Shown here: positions 17,805 through 30,919 of the stretch, piece after piece
How positions within the stretch are numbered: position 1 is the first letter of the stretch
Layout of the letters: each line of letters opens with the position of its first letter
From: an uncultured delta proteobacterium
GTDB lineage: Bacteria > Myxococcota > Myxococcia > SLRQ01
NCBI GenBank assembly: GCA_963727485.1
Contig: CAVSGM010000001.1
Coordinates: forward strand, 448,001-512,000
Direction: 5' to 3'
Length of the DNA: 64,000 bases
Translations under genes and position numbers: made by a program
The notes under the pieces: generated by a model
What the model saw: the letters and a program-made list of their open reading frames with translations, nothing else
Told to the model about the DNA's origin: nothing
Database searches by the model: none

Positions 17805-19237
17805 GGGGCCTGGGTCGTGGACCCGGCCGAGGCGACCCGGGTGCCGCCGGCGTGCTCGAGGCGGGCGAGGAGCGGCTGGACGTGCGCCCGGAAGTCGGGC
17901 ATCAGCTTCTTGTCCAGGGGCCGCCGCGAGGGGAGGTGGAGCTTGAGCGGGTTCTCGAAGTGCCCGTAGCGCTTCACCGCGTAGTGGACGTGGGGGCCGG
18001 TGGCGCGCCCGGTCTCGCCGACCCGGCCGATGACCTGCTTCTGGTGCACGTGCTGGCCGGGGTGGACCAGGATCTTGGAGAGGTGGCAGAAGAGGGTCTG
18101 GTAGCCGTTGGCGTTGTTGATCCGCACCATGTTGCCGCAGGCCCCGGCCCACCGGGCCCAGGAGACGGTGCCGGCGCCGGTGGCCCGGACCGGGGTGCCG
18201 ATGGGCGCGCCGTAGTCCACCCCCCGGTGCATCTTGTTGTAGCCGAGGATCGGGTGGTGGCGCATGCCGTAGCGGCTGGTGATGCGGATGACCTTCAGCG
18301 GCGCCTTGAGGAGGATCTTCTGGGCGCTGTGGCCCTCGGCGTCGTAGTAGCTCACGTCGCCGTTGGGGCGCTCGTAGCGGAAGAGGCGGTAGTCGCCCAC
18401 CGCGCCCTTGTACTCGGCGGCGAGGATGTCGCCGTAGTGGAGGAAGCGGCCCTTGGAGTAGACCTTCTCCACCACGATGTCGAAGGTGTCCCCGGGCCGC
18501 GGGTCCCGGTAGAAGTCCACGTCCCAGGCCATCACGTCGCCGAAGAGGACCGCGAGCGCCGGCGACTCACCGGCCTCGTCCATGGACTCGTAGAGGCTGC
18601 CCTTGAGCACCCCGTGGACCGCGACCACCCGGGTCTCGGTCTTCACCTGCCGCGCGTAGCCGACGAGGTGGTCGCCGTCGCGCTTGACGCAGTAGCTGGT
18701 CAGGGGCGTGGCCTCGTAGTCGAAGAAGGCCACCTGGCCGGCGGGGGTGGTCTTCACCCGGAAGGCCTGGCCCGGGCGGGCGTAGCGGAAGTCGAAGGTG
18801 CCCTTGAGGGCGCTGACGATGTCGTGGATCTGCGGGGAGGTGAGGCCGGCGCGGGTCAGGGCCGCGGCGACGGTGCTCCCGCGCTCGAGGGTCCCGGCGA
18901 CGACCTTGTAGGCCACGGCGCGGTTGGCGGCGGGGGCCAGGGCGGCGCCCTCGACCTGGGGGACGGTGGCACCCGCCTTGGCGGTGGCGGCGCTGGCGGC
19001 GGCGCTGGCGCCGGCCGCGGGGGGCGCGGCGGGCGACGGGGCCTCGGGCACCAGCGACGCGGTGGCCACCTTGGGGCCGGCGGCGTCCCCGCGGTAGCGC
19101 CGATGGATCACCACCAGGTTCCAGGCGGTGACGCCGGCGAGGACGAGGGCCACCAGGTACCCCCGCCATCGCGGGGGCCGGCCGGGGTCCTGGTTCTCGA
19201 GGAGCTCTTGCTTCGACGGGGGCTGGATTGGGTGCAT
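17801..19237 (-). CDS. M23 family peptidoglycan endopeptidase (MepM/Csd3-like)
   Basis: TM helix; HRGVDYG, HLS, ATGPHVHY motifs. Confidence 0.9.
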   Translation of the reverse strand: MHPIQPPSKQELLENQDPGRPPRWRGYLVALVLAGVTAWNLVVIHRRYRGDAAGPKVATASLVPEAPSPAAPPAAGASAAASAATAKAGATVPQVEGAALAPAANRAVAYKVVAGTLERGSTVAAALTRAGLTSPQIHDIVSALKGTFDFRYARPGQAFRVKTTPAGQVAFFDYEATPLTSYCVKRDGDHLVGYARQVKTETRVVAVHGVLKGSLYESMDEAGESPALAVLFGDVMAWDVDFYRDPRPGDTFDIVVEKVYSKGRFLHYGDILAAEYKGAVGDYRLFRYERPNGDVSYYDAEGHSAQKILLKAPLKVIRITSRYGMRHHPILGYNKMHRGVDYGAPIGTPVRATGAGTVSWARWAGACGNMVRINNANGYQTLFCHLSKILVHPGQHVHQKQVIGRVGETGRATGPHVHYAVKRYGHFENPLKLHLPSRRPLDKKLMPDFRAHVQPLLARLEHAGGTRVASAGSTTQAP

Positions 19238-19442
19238 CTTGGAGGACGGCCTCGGCTTCGGGTGCAACAGGGTGCGACAGCGGCGAACCATCCTATATCA
19301 GCGCCCCCGGGGGCCCTCCAAGAAACCCACCGGGGGCGAACGCCGCCCGGTTTCCGGACGCGGGCGGGGGCGATCCCCTGGGGCCGGCGCCTTGACCCCG
19401 CCGCGCCGCGTGGCCAGGCTTGGGACCCATCGGAGGTCCCCC

Positions 19443-20126
19443 ATGCGCACCCCCCGCCCGATCCCGTCGCCCCGTCCCCTCGCCGCCGCCGCCCTGGTGG
19501 CGCTCCTCGCCGGCGTCCCGGCGGTCGCCCACGCCGCGGCCATCCCGCGCCGCCTCGACCGCATCGAGTCCCTCGCCGAGGACGCCTACGACGCGGCCCT
19601 CGCGGGCAAGCAGGCCGCGGTGCGCAACAAGGCCGAGGCCCTGGCCCGGCTCTGGGCCGCCTACCGGCCCCACGCCCTGGCGCCCGCGCCGGTGCTCGAG
19701 GCCACCGCCGACGCCGTCGCCCGGCTCACCCACGCGGCCACCCAGGGCGCCTCGCGCCTGGCCCTGGCCCGGGCGGCCAACGCGGTGAGCGCCCACATCG
19801 CCGACCTCTACGCCCCCTACCACCCGGCCATCCCCGCGCCGGTGGAGACCCTCGACTACCTGGGCCGGGAGGTCGCCCTCGATGCCATGGCCCACGACCT
19901 CGCCGGCGCCAGCGCCCACCTGAAGACCCTGCGCGCCACCTGGGCGCCGCTGCGGGTCCGGGTGGTCGCCCGGCACGGGAAGGGCACCGCCAAGGCCTTC
20001 GACCGGGCCCTGGAGGCCATGTCCGCGGCGCTCACGGCCAAGGACCCGGGGCGGCTCCTCCGGGCCGCCAACCACACCCTGGAGGTCGTGGACCGGGTCG
20101 AGCGGGTGTTTCGCGGCCGGCGCTGA
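19443..20126 (+). CDS. Secreted all-helical hypothetical protein
   Basis: RBS GGAGG; signal peptide ending AHA; apparent internal two-fold helical repeat. Confidence 0.7.
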   Translation: MRTPRPIPSPRPLAAAALVALLAGVPAVAHAAAIPRRLDRIESLAEDAYDAALAGKQAAVRNKAEALARLWAAYRPHALAPAPVLEATADAVARLTHAATQGASRLALARAANAVSAHIADLYAPYHPAIPAPVETLDYLGREVALDAMAHDLAGASAHLKTLRATWAPLRVRVVARHGKGTAKAFDRALEAMSAALTAKDPGRLLRAANHTLEVVDRVERVFRGRR

Positions 20127-20132
20127 CGCCGG

Positions 20133-20762
20133 TCAGCCCCCGTGGGCCAGGCGCCACAGGGCCAGGGCTCCGTCGGCGACGTACTGCACCGCCAGCGCCG
20201 CGAGGATGATCCCCAGGACCCGGGTGACCACGTTGATCCCGGTCTGCCCCAGGACCCGGGCGACGCCGCCCGAGAGCCGGAGCGCCGCGTAGGAGAGGAC
20301 CAGGACCAGCGCGGTCATCACCACCAGGATCCCGTAGCGGCTCGGCTCGCCGTCGGCGCTGGCCACCAGCACCAGGATGCTGGTGAGCGCCCCGGGCCCG
20401 GCGATCAGCGGGATGGCCAGGGGGAAGACGCTCACGTCCTCCCGGTGGTGCGCCTCCTCCTCCTCCTCCGGCGTCTGCCGCTGGCGCTGGGCGAAGACCA
20501 TGTCCACGGCGATGCGGAACAGGAGGATCCCGCCGGCGACCCGCAGGGCGTCGAGGCGCACCCCCAGGTAGTGGAAGAGGGACCCGCCGCCGACGGCGAA
20601 GGCGAAGAGGATGCCCCCGGCGACCAGCACCGCCCGCCGGGCCACCTGCCGGCGCTCGGCGGCCGGCTGCGCGCCCACCAGGGACACGAAGACCGGCACC
20701 AGGCCGGGGGGGTCGACGATGACGACCATCGTCAGGAAGCAGCGCAGGGCGAAGGCGGACAC
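20133..20762 (-). CDS. MarC family membrane protein
   Basis: IVDPPG, LRVAGGILLF, VFPLAIPLIAGPG, TRVLGIILAALAVQ. Confidence 0.9.
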   Translation of the reverse strand: MSAFALRCFLTMVVIVDPPGLVPVFVSLVGAQPAAERRQVARRAVLVAGGILFAFAVGGGSLFHYLGVRLDALRVAGGILLFRIAVDMVFAQRQRQTPEEEEEAHHREDVSVFPLAIPLIAGPGALTSILVLVASADGEPSRYGILVVMTALVLVLSYAALRLSGGVARVLGQTGINVVTRVLGIILAALAVQYVADGALALWRLAHGG

Positions 20763-20906
20763 GGGGCGGCAGGGTAGCCCAGGCGTGGCGCGCCGCAAGG
20801 GGCCGGGACCGGCCGCCCCGCCGTCCGATCACCCGGGGGGTACCACGTCCGGGGTACCCTGAACCGGAGGTTGTGAGGTCCGACGCCCGCCCCCTACGAT
20901 GCCCGG

Positions 20907-21755
20907 ATGAGCCACGGACTCGAGGCGGCGGCGGACGTGTTGGGGATGGCGGGCCTGATGGGCTTGGCCTCCCTGTACTTCTGGCTGATAGGCCGGCTCG
21001 GCAGCGGCAGCCGGAACAAGATCGGCCTCGGGGGCGCGCCGAACGAGGCCACCCTCCAGAAGGTCCGTGCCTTCCTCGACGGCCTGGCGGCCAAGCTCGG
21101 CGAGGGCCAGAGCTACGTCGACACCAACAGCAAGAACGTCGAGTGGCGGGGACAGGTCCACGACCATCCGGTCCGCATCCAGGTCTACTGGCAGTACACC
21201 ATCCAGCTCTACGTCAAGGGTCCGGCCGGGCTCGGGGACCTCCCCACGCTGCGCTGGGACGAGAAGCTGGTCCCCCAGGTCGGGGCGCCGCCGCCGTGGG
21301 ACACCACCGACACCGAGCTGGTGTTCCTCGCCAAGGGGGTCTACGTCGAGGGCTCGTCGGCCGAGACCACCCGGGACCTGGCGCGGTTCCGGCGACTGCC
21401 CCAGGAGGTCGGGCAGGCGCTGGTCACGGACATGCGCGAGGTGGGCATCGAGCGGGTCTACTTCGACGACGACGGCTTCGTCGAGGCCGACTTCAAGACC
21501 GACCTCTACGAGCTGCCCGACCCCGGGCCCAAGATCGTTCGCATGGTCCAGACCCTGGTCCGCGTCGTCGGCGCCGTCCAGGCGGGCCTGCCGCCGGCGG
21601 CGGTCGTCGCGACCGGGCACTCGGGCCCAGCCTCACCGGGCGAGAAGATCACCTGCCCCTACTGCGGCAGCGTCTACCTGCTCACGCCGGTGACCCCGGG
21701 ACATCCGGCCTACGGCTGCCCCAACTGCGGCGCGCCGCCCCAGGAAGCCGCCTGA
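20907..21755 (+). CDS. Membrane-anchored hypothetical protein with C-terminal zinc ribbon
   Basis: N-terminal TM helix; CPYCG...CPNCG; typical GC3 codon bias. Confidence 0.7.
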   Translation: MSHGLEAAADVLGMAGLMGLASLYFWLIGRLGSGSRNKIGLGGAPNEATLQKVRAFLDGLAAKLGEGQSYVDTNSKNVEWRGQVHDHPVRIQVYWQYTIQLYVKGPAGLGDLPTLRWDEKLVPQVGAPPPWDTTDTELVFLAKGVYVEGSSAETTRDLARFRRLPQEVGQALVTDMREVGIERVYFDDDGFVEADFKTDLYELPDPGPKIVRMVQTLVRVVGAVQAGLPPAAVVATGHSGPASPGEKITCPYCGSVYLLTPVTPGHPAYGCPNCGAPPQEAA

Positions 21756-21785
21756 CGCCGGGGTCGTGAGGCCGCCACCCGGCGG

Positions 21786-23279
21786 CTAGGGTCCCTCGAG
21801 CTGCTTCTCGGCGTGGCTCTCGCCGTCGTAGCTCATCAGCAGGCCCTGGCCCTCGACCTCGGTGAAGATGTGCACCGGGCGGCGCCACAGGGCCTGGAGG
21901 TTCTCCAGGGTGTCCACCGCGTCGTCGTGCTTGAGGTCGGTGCCCTCGTAGCGGTGGGTGAGGAGCATCTCCCCGCGGTTCTGGTAGTTGGCGTCGACGA
22001 CCTCGATGATCGGCTGGCCGAAGTTCGTCAGCATCGAGAGGAGCTTGTGCTTCACCTCGGCGAACTTCTTGCTGGTGATGACCCAGTTGTCGGTCTTGGG
22101 GTCGAAGTCGAAGCTGAACAGCTTGTGCTCGATGACGAACTCGGGCGTGAGGAAGGTGTCGATGAAGGTGACGTCGTTGTAGAGGCGGCGGACCTCGAAG
22201 ATCTTGTCCCGGCCGAGGCCGAGGTCGCGGTTCCAGGTGCGCCGCTTCGCCATGTCGTCACACTCGTCGTACTCCTTGCCGAAGCGCCCGGTGTTCCACC
22301 GGTCCTCCACGTCACGCAAAAGCTCGATCCCCAGCTTGTAGGGGTTCAGCGTCCCGCTCGCCGAGAGGATCCCCGCGTGGTCGGCGGCGTAGTCGATGAT
22401 CTCGTCGTCGCGCACCGCCTTCTGGGTCATGATCTTCGAGTGCCAGTAGGCGGCCCAGCCCTCGTTGAGGATCTTGGTCTGGGCCTGGGGCGCGAAGTAG
22501 TAGGCCTCCTCGCGGATGATGGCGAGGACGTCGCGCTCCCAGCGCTCCAGCGGCGCGTGCTCGAGGAGGAAGAGGAGCACGTCGCGCTCGGGCCGCTCGG
22601 GGAAGTTCTTCTCCTGGGCCTTCTCCGCCTCGATGCGCTGCTTCTGCTGCTCCAGGAACGCGTCGGGGTTGATGTACGACTCCATGTACGACCGGTCGAC
22701 CTTGAGCCGGGGGATCTCCTGGGCGCCCGGCTCCTCGGCGTTCTCGTCCCGCGCCGGACCCCGGCGCTTGATGTAGGGCGAGTGGTGGTCGATGAGGTTC
22801 TCCAGCGACAGGCACCGGTCGATGAAGGCCTCGATCTTCTCCACCCCGTGCCGGTCGATGAGCCGCCTGACCCGCGTGGCGTGGTTGCCCATCTCGTCCA
22901 GCATCTTCCGGTTGGTGTGCTGGAAGTAGAAGTTGTTCTTGAAGAAGTCGTTGTGCCCGTAGACGTGGGCCATGACCGTCTTGGAGTCGACGTCGGCGTT
23001 GGTGTCGAGGAGGTAGGCGTAGCAGGGGTCGTTGTTGATCACGAGCTCGTAGATCTTGGAGAGCCCGTACTCGTAGCCCTTGGCGAGGCGCTCGTAGTCC
23101 ATCCCGAAGCGCCAGTGGGGGTAGCGCTTGGGGAAGCCGCCGTAGGCGGCGACCATGTTCATCTCGTCGTAGTTGACGACCTCGAAGACCTGCTCGAAGA
23201 AGTCGAGACCGTAGTCGCGGGCGTAGCCCTCGATCTCCTGCTTCAGGGCGGCGAGGCGGGGGGTCAGCGGCTTCGGCAT
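21786..23279 (-). CDS. SpoVR/YcgB family protein
   Basis: [43 protein letters not shown]. Confidence 0.95.
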   Translation of the reverse strand: MPKPLTPRLAALKQEIEGYARDYGLDFFEQVFEVVNYDEMNMVAAYGGFPKRYPHWRFGMDYERLAKGYEYGLSKIYELVINNDPCYAYLLDTNADVDSKTVMAHVYGHNDFFKNNFYFQHTNRKMLDEMGNHATRVRRLIDRHGVEKIEAFIDRCLSLENLIDHHSPYIKRRGPARDENAEEPGAQEIPRLKVDRSYMESYINPDAFLEQQKQRIEAEKAQEKNFPERPERDVLLFLLEHAPLERWERDVLAIIREEAYYFAPQAQTKILNEGWAAYWHSKIMTQKAVRDDEIIDYAADHAGILSASGTLNPYKLGIELLRDVEDRWNTGRFGKEYDECDDMAKRRTWNRDLGLGRDKIFEVRRLYNDVTFIDTFLTPEFVIEHKLFSFDFDPKTDNWVITSKKFAEVKHKLLSMLTNFGQPIIEVVDANYQNRGEMLLTHRYEGTDLKHDDAVDTLENLQALWRRPVHIFTEVEGQGLLMSYDGESHAEKQLEGP

Positions 23280-24388
23280 TACTTGCCCTTACCCAGGAAG
23301 TCCTTGATGGACCGGTGGATGCCGTCCTTGTCGGGGATCTCGGACCAGATGATCCGCTCGTCCTCGGGGAAGCCCTCGCGCAGGTCCTTGAGGAACTGCC
23401 CCGAGCCGTAGGGGCTCTCCACCTGCCCGTAGCAGAACACGTTGGACCACGGCAGGAGGTTCTCGCGGAGGATGTCGAGGCAGAGCCGACTGTCCTCGGC
23501 GGACCAGTTGTCGCCGTCGGAGAAGTGGAAGGGGTAGATGTTCCAGGAGCTGGGGTCGTAGTCGGCCTCGATGATCTCCTTGGCCAGCTTGTAGGCGCTG
23601 GAGATCATGGTCCCGCCCGACTCCCGGGTGTGGAAGAAGGTGTCCCGGTCGACCTCGCGGGCGACGGCGTCGTGGATGATGTAGCGGGTCTCGAGGCCCT
23701 GGTACTGGCTGCGCAGCCAGGTGTCGATCCAGAAGGTCTCGATGCGCACCAGCTCCTTCTGCTCGTCGCCCATGGAGCCCGACACGTCCATCATCAGCAG
23801 GATCACCGCGTTGGACTCGGGGAGCTTCTGCTCCTTCCACGAGCGGTAGCGCATGTCCTCGCGCACCGGGACCACCACCGGGTTGGCCGGATCGTAGAGG
23901 CCCGAGGCGATGGTGCGCCGCAGCGCCTGGCGGTAGGTCCGCCGGAAGTGGCGCAGCGACTCGGGCCCCACGGTGTTGACCCCGGTGTAGCGGGTCTTCA
24001 CCGAGTGGATGTTCTTCTTCCCCTTGGGTTCGATCTCGGGGAGCTCGAGCTCCTCGCCGAGGAGCTCGGCGAGCTCGGCGAGGGTGACGTCGACCTCGAG
24101 GACGTGCTGGCCTTCGCCCTGGCCGGCCTCGCCGGTGCCGGGCTGCTGCTCGCCGTCCTGGCCGAGGACGTCGCCCTCCTCGCCCTCGCCCTGGCTCACG
24201 CCGCCGGTCTGCTTGGGCCCGAAGCGGAACTTGGGGATGTCGATCCGCGGGAGGGGGATGGAGATGACATCCGTCCCCTTCTTCCCGAACATCTCCCCCT
24301 GGGAGATGTACTTCTTCAGGTTGCTCTTGATCTTCCCGCGGACGATCTGCTTGAACCGCGAGTGGTCCTGCTTGATGGGCAGCGGCAA
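23279..24388 (-). CDS. DUF444 YeaH/YhbH family vWA protein
   Basis: [28 protein letters not shown] start with RBS AAGGAG. Confidence 0.93.
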   Translation of the reverse strand: MPLPIKQDHSRFKQIVRGKIKSNLKKYISQGEMFGKKGTDVISIPLPRIDIPKFRFGPKQTGGVSQGEGEEGDVLGQDGEQQPGTGEAGQGEGQHVLEVDVTLAELAELLGEELELPEIEPKGKKNIHSVKTRYTGVNTVGPESLRHFRRTYRQALRRTIASGLYDPANPVVVPVREDMRYRSWKEQKLPESNAVILLMMDVSGSMGDEQKELVRIETFWIDTWLRSQYQGLETRYIIHDAVAREVDRDTFFHTRESGGTMISSAYKLAKEIIEADYDPSSWNIYPFHFSDGDNWSAEDSRLCLDILRENLLPWSNVFCYGQVESPYGSGQFLKDLREGFPEDERIIWSEIPDKDGIHRSIKDFLGKGK

Positions 24389-24391
24389 GGC

Positions 24392-26443
<2,052 letters not shown>

Positions 26444-26583
26444 CAGCGGATGATCTCCATGAAGTTCAACAAGTAGGAATCCAGCTCTACCTGGGGCGAA
26501 CCGGGCAGCGACCCACGATCATTCCCCACGTCCACCCGGCGCCCGCGCCCTCTGATCGAGCATACGGGAGGCGGATCCGGCGA

Positions 26584-26599
26584 AGCAAGGCGACGGCCC
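26584..26599 (-). promoter_or_regulatory. Possible sigma54 promoter of the prkA operon
   Basis: Minus strand GGGCCGTCGCCTTGCT: GG-N10-GC with TTGC, but the -24 box is imperfect. Confidence 0.3.
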
Positions 26600-26630
26600 T
26601 CCCCATGGGCGGACCCGGGCCCCCGCGCCG

Positions 26631-27436
26631 CTAGAAATGCGTCAGCGATCCTTCACGTTGGGCCCGGCGCACCGCCCAGGCAAAGATCCCGAGCGAGAGG
26701 GGCAGGAGGACCACCGCGAAGCCCACGAGGATGCTGAGGGCCCGGGTGAGCGCCGGCCCCCCGGTCCCCAGGAACGCCTCGCGCAGGGCCACCAGGACGT
26801 GGGTCATCGGCAGGGCCTGCGCCGCGTCCTGGAGGGGCCGGGGGAGGATCTCCACGGGGTAGTACACCCCCGAGAGGAGCACCGAGAGGGTCGCCAGCGC
26901 CCAGGCCACCGGGTCCCCGCGCTTGAGGACCATGGTGAAGCTCGCCGAGAGGATGCCCAGGGCGGCGAAGGTGACGACCCCGAGGCCCACCGCCAGGAGC
27001 GCCGCCGGCAGGTGGGCGAGCGAGATCCGGGCCCCGAAGAGGGCGGCGCCGAAGGCGAGGTAGAGGGCGCCCCGGGCGGTGGCGCCGACCAGCGGCCAGG
27101 CGCTCTCCCCCAGGACCGCGCCGGCCGGGGAGATGGGCGTGGCGAGCACCGCCTCCAGGGTCCCGAGCACCTGGGCCTGGCGCACCCTTCGGCCGAAGCC
27201 GGTGAGGGCCTCGCCGAGGAAGGCGTTGACCGCGAGGCCCACCAGGACGAAGGCGAAGTACCCGCCCCGGTACCGCGAGAGCCCCGGCGCCGCCTGCTGC
27301 ACCACCTGGGAGAGGAAGAAGAAGATGAGGATGGAGAAGAGCCCGCCGGCCAGCCCGAAGAGGAAGTTCGCCCGGTAGCTGGCCTCGGTGAGGAGGTCCC
27401 GGCGGAGGAAGGCCAGGGTGACGCGCAGGGCCCGGC

Positions 27437-27440
<4 letters not shown>
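26631..27440 (-). CDS. ABC-2 type transporter permease
   Basis: GTLEAVLATP, LSGVYYPVEILP; six TM segments. Confidence 0.88.
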
Positions 27441-28258
<818 letters not shown>

Positions 28259-28266
28259 CGCCTGCG

Positions 28267-29334
28267 TCAGCCTCCCCGACCGGGGTGGCGGTGGTGGCGG
28301 AAGTACTCCACCTGCCACTTCTCCACCGCCCGCTCATGGCAGGCGAGGGTGGGGCAGAAGACGTGGGTGCCGTCGTTCCGGGAGACGAAGAAGAGGTCGT
28401 CGCACTTGGAGGGGTGGAGCGCCGCCTCCAGGGCCGCCTCGCCCGGCGAGGCGATGGGGCCGGGCGGGAGCCCCTTGATCACGTAGGTGTTGTAGGGGCT
28501 CTTCAGCTCCAGGTCGGCGCGGGTGAGGTTGCCGTCCCAGCGCCCCTCCCGGACCAGGGAGTAGATGACCGTGGGGTCGGTCTGGAGGCGCATGTGCTTG
28601 TCCAGCCGGTTGTGGAAGACGCAGGAGATGTGCGGGCGCTCGGCGGGCTGGGCGGTCTCCTTCTCGATGATCGAGGCGAGGGTGACCGCCTGGAGGCGGG
28701 TGAGCTTCACCTCCGGGGCCCGGACCTTCTGGGCCTGCTTCCAGGCGGCGAGGAAGCGGTGGACGGTGATGGTGAGGATCTCCTTCGCCGAGAGGCCCTT
28801 CGCCAGGGTGTAGGTGTCGGGGAAGACGAAGCCCTCGAGGCTGTCGGCGTGGAGGCCGAGGTGGTGGACGAAGGCCGGGTCGTGGGCGAGCCGGAGGAGG
28901 TCGGTGGCCCTGGCGAGGCCCGCCTTCTCGAACAGGGGCATGATCTCCTCGAGGCGCAGGCCCTCGGGGATGGTGACCTTGTAGGTGCGCACCTCGCCCC
29001 GGATGATCTTGTCGAGGACCTCGCCTGGGGTCTCGGGGCCGGAGAAGAGGTACTCGCCCGCCTTGATCCGGCTGCCGGCGTGGCGGACCCGCTGGGCCCA
29101 GAGGTAGAAGACGCTCCCGCCGATGGGGACGCGGGTGTCGCGGATGACCCCGGCGCGCTGGAGCTGGCGGCCGAGGGTCTCGAGGCCGGTGCCCGGCTTC
29201 ACCTGGACCACCGCCTCGCCGCCTTGGGGGGTGACCGGGGCGTCGAGGAAGGCGCGGTAGCGGCTGTGGAGGTAGCCGACCACGCCGAAGGCGGCGAGGG
29301 CGACGAGGCCGAGGGCGACGAGGAGCTTCTTCAC
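28267..29334 (-). CDS. mltG: Endolytic transglycosylase MltG
   Basis: IKAGEY, TIPEG, LEGFVFPDTY, LASIIEKE, LQTDPTV, SPYNTY, GLPPGPI. Confidence 0.95.
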   Translation of the reverse strand: MKKLLVALGLVALAAFGVVGYLHSRYRAFLDAPVTPQGGEAVVQVKPGTGLETLGRQLQRAGVIRDTRVPIGGSVFYLWAQRVRHAGSRIKAGEYLFSGPETPGEVLDKIIRGEVRTYKVTIPEGLRLEEIMPLFEKAGLARATDLLRLAHDPAFVHHLGLHADSLEGFVFPDTYTLAKGLSAKEILTITVHRFLAAWKQAQKVRAPEVKLTRLQAVTLASIIEKETAQPAERPHISCVFHNRLDKHMRLQTDPTVIYSLVREGRWDGNLTRADLELKSPYNTYVIKGLPPGPIASPGEAALEAALHPSKCDDLFFVSRNDGTHVFCPTLACHERAVEKWQVEYFRHHRHPGRGG

Positions 29335-29465
29335 GGGGCCACAGCCTACTCCGGGCCGGGTCGGCGGTCATCCCGGGGGTCCGCGCGCCGGACGGCGGTC
29401 CGGGGCCAGGACCGGCCGCCGGGCCCGGGGCGCGCCAAGGGCGCGGATCTCCTGGGCGCGGCCGG

Positions 29466-29481
29466 TGGCACGCCCGTCGCA
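29466..29481 (+). promoter_or_regulatory. Putative sigma54 promoter
   Basis: TGGCACGCCCGTCGCA fits GG-N10-GC, 55 bp upstream of ATG 29536. Confidence 0.65.
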
Positions 29482-29535
29482 CCGGGTCGCCTCCCAGCCG
29501 CCGGGGACGGACCCCGGCCGGGAAAGGAGCAGGTC

Positions 29536-30368
29536 ATGGACGGACAGGTGGGCATGGACTCGGTCCTCGGGGCCCTGGGGGGCGTCGCCTCGGGCATCGG
29601 CGGGTTGGTGGGCGAGGTCGCCACCTCCCTCACCGGCAGCCAGGAGCTCGGCGACCTCGCCGGCGCCGCGGTGAACCTCCTCACCGGGAACGTCCCCGGC
29701 GCCATCGCCGAGGGGGTGAAGCTCGGCAAGGATGTCCTCGAGACCCCGTGTCCCCCGGGCGGGCCCGGGTCGCTGGGGCCGGGGCTCTCGGGGCCCGGGG
29801 CGGCCCCCCGGAGCGCCGCCGAGGCCGCCGCCACCGCGCCGTCCCCGGAGGTGGGCCCCGAGGGCGCCGGGGGCATGCCCCAGGGCGACCCGGCGCGGGG
29901 CTACGCCATGCGCCGCGGGGTCGAGCCCGGTGGCGGCGGCACGGGCGTGCGCGGGTCGGACGATGCGCCGGAGACGCCCGCGGGTCCCCGCGGCCACCCG
30001 GTCAAGCCCGCCGGCCCCAAGGGCCACCCGGTCAAGCCGCGCCCGCCGGCCCCAAGGGCCACCCCGCGGGGAAGGCCACGGGCATCCAGGGCATCCTCGG
30101 CGACGGCTCCCTGTCCATCGAGGACAAGGTCGCCATGCTCCTCTCCAGCCTCGTCGACGGCCTCGACGGGAAGATCGAGGACGAGATGGGCCAGCTCGCA
30201 AAGGCCCAGCAGGGCGGGGGGAGCGCCAAGGCCGCCGGCGACGTGCAGCAGCTCCAGACCCAGCTCCAGCTCCTGGTGCAGCGGCGCTCCCAGATGCTCA
30301 CCCTGCTCTCCAACCTCGAGGGGCTCTTCAACCAGACCTCGATGCAGGTCATCTCCAACATCCGCTAG
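29536..30368 (+). CDS. Putative type III-secreted EspA/Bsp22-like protein (frameshift near 30037-30041)
   Basis: RBS AAGGAG; Gly/Ala-rich N-terminus, PAGPKGHP repeats, C-terminus QLQLLVQRRSQMLTLLSNL...SMQVISNIR. The two halves join if one base is added. Confidence 0.6.
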
Positions 30369-30376
30369 GGACCGCC

Positions 30377-30919
30377 ATGCACGACGCACCGACGCGCCTC
30401 AAAGGGATCGCTGCCCGGGGCCGGCCCCGGGTCCCCGAGGCGCAGAAGGCCCTGGTCCGCCGCTTCCTCCGCGGGGAGATCACCTTCGCCCAGCTCGAGG
30501 GCCTCACCGCCGAGGAGGCCTCCCGGATCGCGGCGGTGGGCCACGCCCTCTTCCGCCGGGGGCGGCTCTCGGAGGCCGCGACCGTCTTCGAGGGGCTGGC
30601 GGCGGTCAACCCCCTCGACCCCTACGCCCACCAGCTCCTCGGGGCCATCGCCGAGCGCCAGGGCCGCGCCGGCGATGCCCTGAAGCACTACGACGTCAGC
30701 CTCTCGCTCCGGGGGGGCGACCCCTGGGTCCTGGCCCGGCGCGGCGAGCTGCGGATCCGCGCCGGGGATCCCGGGGGCGGCGCCGAGGACCTGGCCCGGG
30801 CCTGCGCCGGCGATCCCGAGGCCCAGGTGCCCACCACCCCCCGGGCCCGGCTCATCCTCCAGGCGCTGCGGCGCGCGGCGCGGAGGCAGGGCCAGGCGCC
30901 GCGGGGACGTGCGCCTTGA
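30377..30919 (+). CDS. TPR protein, SycD/LcrH-like type III chaperone
   Basis: GEITFAQLEGLTAEE...GHALFRRGRLSEAATVFEGLAAVNPLD...LGAI matches the class II chaperone pattern. Confidence 0.7.
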   Translation: MHDAPTRLKGIAARGRPRVPEAQKALVRRFLRGEITFAQLEGLTAEEASRIAAVGHALFRRGRLSEAATVFEGLAAVNPLDPYAHQLLGAIAERQGRAGDALKHYDVSLSLRGGDPWVLARRGELRIRAGDPGGGAEDLARACAGDPEAQVPTTPRARLILQALRRAARRQGQAPRGRAP

